Origin: Guillardia theta CCMP2712
Taxonomy: Eukaryota > Protista > Cryptophyta
Assembly: GCF_000315625.1 (NCBI RefSeq)
Contig: NW_005434649.1
Location: 124,001-188,000, forward strand
Length of the DNA stretch: 64,000 nt
Direction of reading: 5' to 3'
The notes below the pieces were generated by a model. It saw only the letters and a program-made list of their open reading frames with translations, was not told the origin of the DNA and ran no database searches. This document shows positions 50,132-64,000 of this stretch, piece by piece. The position numbers and the translations under genes were made by a program. The first letter of the stretch is position 1. Every line of letters starts with the position of its first letter.

Positions 50132-50913
50132 TGAGGATGACGACGGTAGTGGAGTTGATGAGGGTGGACGGAATGTCAGTTGAGTTCATGATCGACAATG
50201 ATGACTTCTCGACTGAAGGATGTCCGAGTGATGTTCGGTTCCAGGATTGAAGCTCTGAAACAAGTGATGCTCAAGTACGAACGAAGATTAGCAGAGACAC
50301 TGCCTAGTAAAACTTCTGAGCTTTCGTCTCAGTGGGTGACTTGAAGTAGGAGAAGGGCTTCTCTGGACATGATTGTCGAGTCGTCGGTGCGTTGACGAGT
50401 CATGTCGTCATTGTGGCGACGTGACTCGGCAGCACAGGACGTGACCTGAGCAGTGGGACATGACAGGGGACATGACAACAGAGGGTGTGCGGTATGAGTC
50501 ATGGAGGAAGGGTGGGGGGTGTATTGTGATAAAAGAAGGGGTGGTGGAACACGTACCCTAGTGGCATGGCGTGACGGAATGGCGGGAAGAGGCGAGAAGG
50601 AGGGAAAGAAGGATGGAGGAGCGATGAGAAGGACACAAGTCATCATCGCAGATGTAGTAGACATGATTGCAAGAGGAAGCTCAACACGGGCTTGACAGCT
50701 CAGCAGAAGAGGATCCTGTTCCGAAGTGAAATCTTCGATGGCCTAGCTTACCGCTCTTCTCATTGTGCTGTTTACGCTCTTGCAGTTACCTTCTGCTGTC
50801 TTGTGTTGAAACTTGCAGCATCACATTGACAGATCAAAGACAGCATATACTACACCCCAAGTTGATTCCTTTAAGGGAAGTTCATGCGCCTTAGAAGGGT
50901 TTCCTGAACAGCG

Positions 50914-53491
50914 ATGGTTGTTTACGATCACACTGCGATCCTTCCCGTCGAGTATGTCGAAGCTTTCTCCAAGTTCATCGAGCAGACAAATTTACTCATG
51001 GACCGTTTGGATGAAATCTTGATTGAACTTGACGATTGGAGGCATTATGCGCTTGATATCGCCTTGTTGGACCTCCTCGACTTCAACCAGCAACTTGGTA
51101 CTCTGCTCATCCACAAGCCAACGCTCATCCTCCCTCTGTTTGCCGAAGCAATCCAACAGGTAGCAGAGAGAAGAATTCAGGTCAGCGAGGACAGGTACAG
51201 CATGTGCATCAAGAAGTACATTCATCCTCGGCTTGTGGTTCCTCCTTTGTGTGAGTCTGTGTGCAAGGTGAATGTCTCGTCCATCCGAAGCTCAGACGTT
51301 GGAGGTGTCGTGTCGATCCGAGGAACAGTCGTGCGAGCAGGGACGATCAAGATGCTTGAATCGGAGAGAGAGTACATGTGCGCGAAATGTCAGTTCAAGT
51401 TCAAGGTTTATGCCAACTTGGAGCATCAGAATGGGAACCTGGTTCCTCCAACCGCCTGCCCTTCTGCCGGTGCGAAACCTTGTAAGTCAACAACTTTCAA
51501 CATCGTGGAAGGGTCGCGAGTCTGCAGAGACTACCAAGAGATCAAGATCCAGGAGGAAGTACAGAAGCTCAGCATCGGGAGCATTCCGAGGAGCATAGTG
51601 GTTGTCTTGGAAGATGACTTGGTCGATCGATGCAAGCCGGGTGATGATGTTGTAATCACTGCCATCCCAACAAGGAGGTGGAAGTCGCTAGTGAAGGATG
51701 TGCGGCCAGACATAGAGATGGTCCTGACGGCCAACAACATCAAAGTCTGCAACGAGGAGAAGGCGAGGATGAACTTTTCAGAAGAGATGTCGAAGCAGTT
51801 CGAAAGCTTCTGGAGCTCTCAATCCAATCGTCCTCTCTTTGCGCGCGATCACATCATCCGGAGCTTCTGCCCCATGATCTGCGGGCTCTACAAGGTCTGT
51901 GTGCATCCCCTGGTCACTTCCTCCTCCTCACCGCCAGCGTTGGGGCAGGTGAAGTTGTCGCTGCTCCTTGCTCTGATCGGGGGGGTCCCGAGATCGGACA
52001 CAGCAGGGACGAGGACGCGAGGAGAGTCTCACTGCCTCATCATCGGCGACCCCGGGCTCGGCAAGTCCCAGCTGCTCAAGTACTGCGCCAAGGTAAGGAG
52101 GAGGGGGGAGGAGGGGGGGTACGTGCATTAGGGGTCTGACACCTTCCAAGTTGAGCCCTCGAGCAGTTCACACCACAGGCATCGGCACTACGAGCGCAGG
52201 TCTGACAGTGACAGCACAGGTGAGGAGGTGGTGGAAGTGCTGCTGGGTCAGGTGACACCCAGCCCATTGCAACAGAGGGACAGCGGAGGGGAGTGGGTGC
52301 TGGAGGCTGGAGCTCTCGTGCTTGCCGACGGAGGAGTTTGCTGTATTGATGAGTTTGACTGCATCCGAGAGTCAGATCGGACGGCCATCCATGAGGTGAG
52401 GAGGGAGGAGGAAGGGACTGCCCTGACGTCTTCGCAGGCCATGGAGCAGCAGACGATCAGCGTGGCGAAAGCTGGGCTGGTCTGCAAGCTCAACACCCGT
52501 TGCACGGTCAGTGATGGCAGCAACGAACATGAAGCTGACAATGAAGTGAAGGTCATTGCAGCGACAAACCCTCGAGGGAAGTTCGATCCCGACGAGAGTG
52601 CGACGGTCAACTGTGCGCTGGCCTCCCCCCTCCTGTCTCGCTTCGATCTCGTCATCCTCCTCCTGGACTCGCAGGTGCAGAAAGTCTGACTGTTTTGCTG
52701 GGGCTGAGCTATGGCAGAACGAGGAGTGGGACAGGAAAGTCTCGAGTCACATCCTCAACGGACAGTCGTCGACTCCGGGGGAGGAAAGTCCGCTAGGCAG
52801 GCTGTGGGACTTTGAGAAACTTCAGGTTGGTTGGTGGGAAGTTGTTTTCGTCAGCTGAAGAGGACCGTCAGATGTACATATGCTGGGTGAAGAGAAGTTT
52901 CAAACCTCACCTGACGGAAACGAGCGAGAAGATACTGGTGCAGTACTACAAGATCCAGCGCGGGGAAGGAGGAAGGAACGCAGCTCGCACGACTGTGACG
53001 CATATACCTCGCCCTCCTCGCTCCCTCAGACGTACATGTAGGTCAGAATGTTGGAAAGTCTCGTCAGGCTGGCGCAGGCGCACGCCCGGCTGATGATGCA
53101 TACGGAGGTGCTGCTGCTCTCCTGCAGCTAGAGCCCTTGACCTCTGGCAGGTGACGGAGCAAGACGCCATCATGGCTGTCTCGCTCCTGGACAGCACAAG
53201 TACACTGACCGACTCAGCGACCAACTGCAGCAACCGCATGCATGCTCCCTTCCCCGATGATCCCGACGCCGAGTATGAGATTGGTGAGAGGAGGGCAATG
53301 TGGGGGGAGTGAGTGAGTGAATGAGTGAGCGAGAGGGGGGGGGGGGAATGAAGGAGGGAGGGAGGGAGATTGATTGGACTTTGACAGAGGCCGAGAGGAT
53401 CTTCAGAAAGTTGTATCCCACCGACGACTTCGACGCCCCTCCTCTCTCCAACTTCTCTAACGCTGCATGGCCCGGTTTCACGAGGGTGTAA
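50914..53491 (+). CDS. MCM9: DNA helicase MCM9, about 11 exons
   Basis: Zn finger, [18 protein letters not shown] Walker [34 protein letters not shown], and the MCM9-typical [24 protein letters not shown]. Ten GT-AG introns traced. Confidence 0.93.
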
Positions 53492-53511
53492 GGTAGGAGG
53501 AGGAGCGCAGG

Positions 53512-54619
53512 TCAGAAGAAGCTAGTCATCCTCATGCGACAGGGGTCTGCCGGGTCCACCACAATCACCCCTGCTCTTTCCAGCAGATCGACGTGCTCCT
53601 GCCGGTAACGGGAGCTGATCGCCAAGAAGCTCTCCTCAGCCTCGTCTTGGAAATGGTGATTCATGACGTCACCCAGCAGCTCCTTGAACGAAGCTTGCTC
53701 CCCCACCGCAGCAGCGTCAGGGATGTGTTCGTCGATGAGGTTTGAGAGGAGAAGAAACTGGAGGACACGGAGGTCAGAACACATGGACTGAGTGCGGATC
53801 CTTGCATACAAGCTCCTCATTCTTCGCCTTGAGCTCTCGTAGCTCCTTCCTCCTCGCATGCGACGTCCTCGGCTGCTTCAGCACCTTCAGCTCCAACTCC
53901 AGCGCCCTTTGCAAGGTCTGCGCGTCCTCAGCGAGGTCACAGTCTTGCTGGAGGTCGACGAGCGCTTGCTCCTTCCTTCGATCGAGGTCCGAGATGCATT
54001 CATTCAGCTCTCGGATGCTCCTGTCAAGTTCCTCTTGGAGCTTAGCTGCAACCTGCTCCTTCTCTGCATCATCCAGCTCGTCTCCCTGTGTCCTCAAGTC
54101 ACTTCCTGTGGCAAGCAGCAGGGGAGACCGTGTCCAAACGCTGGAAGTGTTGTAAGATAGCAAGATGACAGTCTTGCAACCTGCTGCTCAATCTCTCCTC
54201 CTCTCGTTGGCTCGAACGAACTTCCCTCTGCAGCATCTGATCTACTTCATCATCCCCTTCCATACGAGGACTCTTGTTCTTTCCTCTCGCAGCCGCTTGT
54301 CTCGTCCTCCGTGGACTTTCACCGCCTCCTACATCCCGAGCTGCAGGTATGAGTTCATGTCAGCAACAAACCAACCCCAGCAGCATCTCTCACTCGCTGT
54401 GCTCTGATCCCCATCCTTGTGAAGATGTACACTCGTGTTAACATGACTTGACTGTCTCGACCCGAACGTGTCAGCTCAGTCGACATGTACTTGGATCGAT
54501 GTGCGCGGCTTCACCTTTCCTGGCTCTGCCTCGTCCTCTTCTTCGGTGACCGTATCCTCCTCCTCGAGCAGCTGTTGGATTTTCCTCACCTCCGCTGCTG
54601 ATGCCTCAAGCCTTTTCAT
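53512..54619 (-). CDS. CENPK: Centromere protein K (CENP-K/Mcm22/Sim4)-like, multi-exon; 5' end uncertain because of the gap
   Basis: Coiled coil followed by LIDEHIP...LLGDVMNHHF...HVDLLERAGVIVVDPADPCRMRMTSF, matching the CENP-K C-terminal pattern as recalled (YVELLLRNGIALRHPEDPTRIRLEAF). Confidence 0.72.
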
Positions 54620-54803
54620 GAGGGGGAACGAGGTGGGCGAGGTGAATGAAGAGAAGGGAGAGGAGGGGGAGGAGAAGGGAGAGGAGGCGGATGAGGGAGA
54701 GGAGGAGAAAGGGGAGGAGGATGGGAGGAGGAGGGGGAGGAGGAGATGGGAGAGGGGGAGGGGAGAGAGCCGGTGAGCGAGAGAAAAGGGAGGGGAGGGG
54801 AGG

Positions 54804-55420
54804 NNNNNNNNNNNNNNNNNNNNNNNNNNNNNNNNNNNNNNNNNNNNNNNNNNNNNNNNNNNNNNNNNNNNNNNNNNNNNNNNNNNNNNNNNNNNNNNNN
54901 NNNNNNNNNNNNNNNNNNNNNNNNNNNNNNNNNNNNNNNNNNNNNNNNNNNNNNNNNNNNNNNNNNNNNNNNNNNNNNNNNNNNNNNNNNNNNNNNNNNN
55001 NNNNNNNNNNNNNNNNNNNNNNNNNNNNNNNNNNNNNNNNNNNNNNNNNNNNNNNNNNNNNNNNNNNNNNNNNNNNNNNNNNNNNNNNNNNNNNNNNNNN
55101 NNNNNNNNNNNNNNNNNNNNNNNNNNNNNNNNNNNNNNNNNNNNNNNNNNNNNNNNNNNNNNNNNNNNNNNNNNNNNNNNNNNNNNNNNNNNNNNNNNNN
55201 NNNNNNNNNNNNNNNNNNNNNNNNNNNNNNNNNNNNNNNNNNNNNNNNNNNNNNNNNNNNNNNNNNNNNNNNNNNNNNNNNNNNNNNNNNNNNNNNNNNN
55301 NNNNNNNNNNNNNNNNNNNNNNNNNNNNNNNNNNNNNNNNNNNNNNNNNNNNNNNNNNNNNNNNNNNNNNNNNNNNNNNNNNNNNNNNNNNNNNNNNNNN
55401 NNNNNNNNNNNNNNNNNNNN
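54804..55420. other. Assembly gap (617 N)
   Basis: Run of N flanked by G/A-rich low-complexity sequence. Confidence 1.
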
Positions 55421-56276
55421 GCTTTTCACTTTCTCTGGGGGACCGTACACTCCTCTTTGTCTCACATGCACACACTTCCATGCCTCTGGTCTCAGATGCT
55501 TCAAGCTCTGGCTTAAGAGGGAGCGAAGTAGGAGAAGGGGGAGGAGGAGATGGGGAGAAGGGGGAGGAGAAGGGAGAGGAGGCGGATCAGGCGGAGGAGG
55601 ACGGGGAGGAGGACGGGGAGGAGGACGGGGAGGCTATAGGCTCTTAAAACGAACTGTGCGCATGGACGAACAAACAAGTTCGTCGGAAGGACTATGGGTA
55701 GAATGTCCTTCAGATCTATAGGTGGGGTGGGATTAGCTTTCAGAGGAAAGGGTGGGTTATTTCATATGAGTAACATAGGGTAGGGTACATAAGAGGGGTA
55801 CATAAGATCAACATAAGGGGTGAGGTGAGCTTCTCAGGAGTTGGCGGGAACGACGGTAAATGCTGAGAACAGGAGAGGAGGGAAGGGCAGGGGAGGGAAG
55901 GGAAGGGAGGAAGAGGTGAGAAGTTCGAGCATGGTGAGAAGGGGGAGAGTAACGATGAGGAGTGATATTGTGAAAACACAAGGGATGGGACGAAGCAGAA
56001 ATGAGAATGAGACAAAGACAGAAGAAGATCGGACTGGTGGGGCTAAATCGATTCATCTGTGACGATGATACGTGGGCTTGTTCTTTTACGGGCGAAGTGA
56101 GCTTCTGGATGGATAAAAAGCATTGGATATGGAATTGGAATGATGTGTCCTGTTGTTCCTGGCGACGTCACAAGAAAACAAATGAAATAGTTGACTGATC
56201 AACTTTGCAAATGATTGCGATAATACATATGAGATGGTTTGTTGTGATGTTGCTGATGAATGAGATGTAGGTGGGG

Positions 56277-57540
56277 ATGTCATCGGGACAGGGAGGTAAG
56301 ATAGCTGAACCCTTTGCCTACGCAAAACTGGCAACCAGGGGAGATGCTCTGCCGCCATTTTACATCACGAGCGAATATGTCATGGAAAGAGATCATTCTG
56401 GGAACCCTAGAAGGATCGAAGTGACGCTGGGGAGGCAAGAACATTCACTCTGCTACCTCCATGATGGTCTCAACTGATACTGTTGAGCAGGAGTCCTCCG
56501 CAGGGACAAGAGGGAGCGGGAGCGTTCCGCGCAAACTTTCACATTGGGCAGAAGATGAAGATCAGCAAGATGCATGCTTCCTTATACTGGAATTCAGACG
56601 ACGAGAAGTTTTACATCAAGAGCATCTGCAAGAATGCAGTGAAGGTGGACGGTAAGTTTGCCCTGTCCCCCAAGGTTTCTTGCTCGGGCTTCAGGCTGAC
56701 TGGTGTGCTTTAGGGGTTATCTACCCCGGATCCCCGGATGGAAACAGCGGAAAGCCAGCACCTCTGCAGAGGCAGTCGAAGATCGAGATCGCAGATGGAG
56801 TTCCAATCTATTTCCTCCTTCCGTTGAGTATGAATTGTTGAGCTGTAGAAACGTTGTTCTGAAATCGTCAAAGCGCCATCCTCGATGCCCAGAGCGCTTG
56901 CTGCGAAGCCGAAACTTTCCTATGAGCAAATGGTGTCGTCTGTGAGTTCTAGACTGCATGCTTGGAGCAGGAGGCTCATGGTTGCCAGGTCCTCGAACCT
57001 GATCTTAAACTTTCCTTTGAAGAAATATGGGAAGCCATCCAGCAAAAGTACCCCTACTTTGCAAGTGGTAAACCTATCATTGATTGCTTCCTTGTTCTAA
57101 CTCTTGTGTTTGCATTCTGGGACCTCTCTGTCTCTATCTCTCTCTTTCTGCCTCTGTCGCTGTCTGTCCTTTGTCTTGCCATATCGCGCATCACTCGCCT
57201 TCGCTTCTCTCTCTCGCTGATATCAACTGCTGCATCAAAGATTCGCCGGAGAGCGTTACCTGGAAGACCTCCGTGCGTTCCTGCATCCACCGAAGCATCC
57301 GCACATTCAGCAAGGGAGTGAAGGAGGTGGCTGGAAAGAAGGTCCAGGCCTCCAAGGCCCCTTGTACCTCCTCTGACCTGCTCACTGCAGGTCTTCTGCT
57401 TCTACCTCAAGAGCAGTGGCACTGAAGGATCGAGCAAAGACGAGGATGAGGCGATGGTAGTCGACTCCGGTGCAGCTGCGGGCGCGGCGGTCGGCGGGAG
57501 CAAGGAGGACGAGGACTCGAAGATGCAAGTTATCATTTGA
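56277..57540 (+). CDS. FHA + forkhead (winged-helix) protein, FoxK/Fkh1/Fhl1-like architecture, multi-exon
   Basis: AYAKL, VTLGR, ISKMHA and KNAVKVDG (FHA), then KPKLSYEQM...LSFEEIWEAIQQKYPYFA...WKTSVR (forkhead-like) after splicing. Confidence 0.78.
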
Positions 57541-57925
57541 ACCCGTACTTGTCGTGGCAGGGCCACAGCAGTTTTATTTCGCTACAACCATCAGCTACAC
57601 TAGGAAGCAGTCAATGTATTCTACCGAACATGAATCATCTTGTGCCAGTATCTTCTTTCACAGTTGAATCGCCATCTCAGGGATTACTTCCTACCTTGGC
57701 ATTTCTTTTCTACTGTCTCCCGCTCTCTTCTGCATTTTTGTCTCTTTATTTCACTTCGTCTTCCTCTCTCATTCAGCTGCTCCCCAACCATTTCGAGGTC
57801 CTCGCATTTCCGTATTCCACCTCGTTGCTCTTCTCCACTCTATGATTCTAGCTTCGTCTTCTCATACCTCATCCTCCAACGGCTATCATGACATCCTTGT
57901 CTTCTGATATTTCTCATCATCTGAA

Positions 57926-58088
57926 CCTCTCCTCCTCTCTCCTCCTCTCTCCTCCTCTCTCCTCCTCTCTCCTCCTCTCTCCTCCTCTCTCCTCCTCTCT
58001 CCTCCTCTCTCCTCCTCTCTCCTCCTCTCTCCTCCTCTCTCCTCCTCTCTCCTCCTCTCTCCTCCTCTCTCCTCCTCTCTCCTCTCTC
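57926..58088. repeat. (CCTCCTCTCT)n, about 16 copies
   Basis: Directly visible. Confidence 0.97.
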
Positions 58089-58208
58089 CCTGCTCTCTTT
58101 TAATTCTCCCAACACGCCTGTGTTCCAATCGGGGGATCATGCTTCTTCGACCACCGGTTCTTTGCATGTTAAAAGTGAAGGTGGGGGTGGTGCTCACAAG
58201 CCGGGCGA

Positions 58209-59884
58209 ATGGGGGATGGACAGTGGCGGAGCTTCGTAGGAGGAACAAGCTCGGGGGCGGCGCTCGTCATCGCAGGCCATCGTAAGGAGCAGAGGAAGCA
58301 GAGGGAGAGGGAGAGAAGTCAAGGAAGGGAAGAGAGAGGAGGAAGAGGCTTCTGCTTGTCCATTCAACATGCTCGATCTTGATTCGTGCAAAGAGGGCTG
58401 TGCATCCGGGAGCGAGTTTGCGATCTGACTAATTTGTTCTCCCTCAGCCTTCGACACGATCAAAGTCAGACTGCAGACTGAAGGGAAGGGCGGTCGGTTC
58501 ACGGGAGCATGGGACTGCTTGCGGCAGACCATGTCGAAGGAGGGGTTCTTCGGGTTGTACAAAGGGGTCCTGCCTCCTCTTCTCTTCGCGGGGTTCATCA
58601 ACTCGACCCTGTTTGGCATGCAGTCCATGGCAGTGAACGCGATCAAGAACGACAAGTCGCGCAAGCCGACAGTGACCGAGACCATGAAGGCAACTGATCC
58701 CACCCATCTCCTCCTCTCATTTCTCGCAGGGGGCGGTGGTTTCAGGGTTTGCCATCTCCTTCATCGTGCAGCCGATTGAAGCTGTAAAGGCGCGATTGCA
58801 GGTCAAGGCAGAGAAACAAAGCAGAGGAGGCTGACCTGTCACAGGTTCAGTACGGAGCGAAGAACGAGGTCAAGTACCACGGAATGGTCGATTGCTTTCG
58901 CAAGGAAAGATCCTCTACGATCTTGTCCCCTCTCTCAGTCCACTATGTCTGCCTGCCTGCCTGCCTGCCTGCCTGTTTGTCTCTTCTCGCTCTCCTGACA
59001 ACACGAGCAGGTTGTCTCTAATCTGGGAATTCGTCATGGTCTCTACAGGGGCTGGACCATGACAGCATTGTGCAGGATGAGCAACTACGCTTACTTCGGC
59101 CCATATGTGTCTTCTTCTCCCTCTCTCCCTCTCTTCTCCGTCTTCCTCCCGACACTCTACCCTCCGTGTTACTTCCCATCACTCTCTTGTTAGGAATTTT
59201 TCCGAAGCAAGTTTGGCATGACGTCAGGATCATCTGGTATCTCAGCTCTCAACCGACTAACACTGATACCTTCATTCTATTCCTGACCTGCCCCTGCCCC
59301 TGCTGCTCCTTCTCTTCTTCTTCTCCAGCTCACTTGGCCTTGCAGAGGGACGATCAATTTTGCAGTCGATGGGCATCACTGTCCTCTGCGGCAGCCTTAC
59401 AGGCGTTTGCTACTGGTTCTCCTTCACCACCCACCCCTGCCATCTGCCCAGCTTTTTCCGCCCTCTCCCGCGATGAACCTTCGCCATCCAAGAATTTTAC
59501 CATCCCTTTGTCTCCTTAGCCTGCTTCCTGTCAAAGTGACTGAGCGACAGGTTGTGCTGTTATCCCTTCGACGTGGTCAAAAACAAGATCATGGCAGCAC
59601 CTGACGTCCGGTGCTTCTCCAGCGCCGCCTCTCCTCTCCTCATTTTCCCTCAGTCCACCAGTCTACCGCAACGGATACGATTGTGCAGTCCAGATCTACA
59701 GGTACTTTGCTCCTCTCCATTCATTCCATCGGTTTACGCAGTTCATAACTTCAATCACAGGAACGCAGGGTGGAGAGGTTTCACCATCGGCCTCGCCCCC
59801 TGCCTCCTTCGCGCTCTTCCAGCCAATGCTGCCGCTTTCACAGCCTTCGAATTGACGATGCATCTTCTTCCCAAGTCGCTATAA
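58209..59884 (+). CDS. Mitochondrial carrier (SLC25; carnitine/acylcarnitine or basic amino-acid carrier-like), multi-exon
   Basis: Three Px[DE]xxKxRxQ-type motifs: HPFDTIKVRLQ, QPIEAVKARLQ and YPFDVVKNKI. C-terminal LLRALPANAAAF. Confidence 0.93.
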
Positions 59885-60015
59885 CAATAGATATCCATAT
59901 GAATAAGAATAGTCTGGAAATGTACAAGATAAGTAAATCTGCACAGTAGTCCTGAGCGGGAGAATGTTGTAAAGACTGCCGTTCTATCGTATTTCAGATG
60001 AATAAGTCGGTCCCT

Positions 60016-62624
<2,609 letters not shown>

Positions 62625-63870
62625 GGCGCTGTGTACCTGTGAGACCCGATCGCACCACTGATTGAGTCACCTGGAGCGTAGATAAAGCTCTAGTCGGCAA
62701 GAAGACTAACAAACAGAATAGTGGCTATTTGTAGCAAGAAGAAGGCGCAGCTTCCTGCACATAATTGTGAGAACTAACCGTGCAATATCTGGACGATATT
62801 ACGCAGACTTAGTGCACAGAGCCTTGATCGATCTTGCTTCCTTCTGCGAATAATAGATTACCGAATTAGCATCACTCTAGAATAGATGTTCATCCATTTT
62901 CGACCAAATCAGGGTGAAGGGGCGATGAGAAGTTGCAAACAGAAGAAGGTACACTTTCAAACAGATACAAGGGGCGGTCTTAAGAAGACAAGCAACGTTC
63001 TCTGAAATCAGGTTGTCTCTAAGACAGTTGGGTATGCTTACACCAGGATTAGATTTGACGGCACAGGAACAGCAACGAAGAGGTTCATGGTAGTAGGGAC
63101 GAGGAGGGATAGGAAAGGGAGAGAACGAGGAGGTGAAGCATCAGCATGCACTGAGAGGGCTGAGTCATCGGCATAGCTGATACAGCAAACAACATGACTG
63201 CCGCCGCCCTCGACCCTGAGAACAGCATGGCGCGCTAACTTGAAAATTTGGATGGTTGGATCTGGGGTAGGGTGGTCCTCAGGGTGGGGTATTGGTGAGC
63301 AAGAGCATTTTGTTGATAAATGGTGGGTGGGGTGTGGAAATGGGGGTACTTGGAAAATTCAACGGGTTACCCTTTCAACAGGGTAGGTATATTGAGCACA
63401 GCTGAACTTTGACCCATAAAAAGGTAGGGTGAAATCATTAAAAGAAAGGGGGTAATCGAGGAGCGAAACATGTAACAGACCGGTGATGATAAAGATGAGA
63501 GGGTACGTGTTCCCTGAACCGGTCATGGTTATCTATGGGGATCGACATTGTTGTGGTGAACCACGGGGTAGAAACAGGGAAATGCTATGTGGTGGTACTC
63601 CCGGAATACCCGGTCCAATAGATTTTGATGGGTAGTAGTATGGAATATCTGGGGGTAAGGGTACTCAAGAACGTGATCTCCTCCAGGGGTCGTCGAGGAG
63701 GAGTGGGTGGGGGTGGCAAAGTCAGATCAAGAAACATTCAAATAATTCCAACAGGTGAGCAAATATTAAACATTATCGACTCATTTTGCAATTATCACTG
63801 TGAAACATTTGAAGTTCCTGAATTATTAACCCCACGCCGCGAAAAATGTTCACATTTTGAATCTCAACGA

Positions 63871-63996
63871 TACTGATTTTTAACTTAACTTTGAGTAAAT
63901 AAATAAATTCCGATCTCAGTGCCGACCTCGTCGGAGAAAGCAGCACGGGCCCGGCGGCTGGCCCGGGCCACCATGGATACTGATTTTTAACTTAAC
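63871..63996 (+). promoter_or_regulatory. Two direct copies (63871-63899 and 63978-63996) of the conserved 29-bp element flanking a GGGCCCGGCGGC box
   Basis: TACTGATTTTTAACTTAAC repeated 107 bp apart. Function unknown. Confidence 0.5.
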
Positions 63997-64000
63997 ATTG

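Noticed and set aside
54476-55647. 250-340 aa ORFs spanning X runs
   Set aside because: Artefacts of the N gap.
63877-63899. Resemblance of TTTTAACTTAA to the XerD arm of bacterial dif sites
   Set aside because: Only one AT-rich arm is similar; there is no XerC arm at 6-bp spacing and no recombinase gene in the window.

Overview
Eukaryotic nuclear DNA with short (about 40-110 nt) spliceosomal introns, many GA-rich simple repeats and a 617-N assembly gap. The style suggests a cryptophyte alga such as Guillardia theta; this is inference only. Half the window is one giant gene. A short signal-peptide exon (about 1298-1622) and a 50-nt intron precede a single uninterrupted reading frame of about 31.7 kb (1673-33402). 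The product is a secreted protein of about 10,680 aa built from six [LamG/ConA-like + Calx-beta + IPT/TIG array] super-repeats, two RRLL-containing SEA-like inserts, cadherin-like repeats and a C-terminal Kelch-like propeller. The rest of the window holds intron-rich genes: an unknown protein with a plastid-type presequence, an SVOP-like MFS transporter, an LRR protein ending HDEF, a signal peptide + Pex14_N-like + UBE2W fusion, a GT61 glycosyltransferase, MCM9, a CENP-K homologue, an FHA-forkhead factor, a mitochondrial carrier and a SAM-kinesin-13. Non-coding highlights are a conserved 29-bp element (TACTGATTTTTAACTTAACTTTGAGTAAA) at three loci upstream of gene starts, one copy inside an 88-bp hairpin, and a 2.3-kb GA satellite with higher-order duplication. 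All domain calls are by-eye motif recognition; no searches were run.
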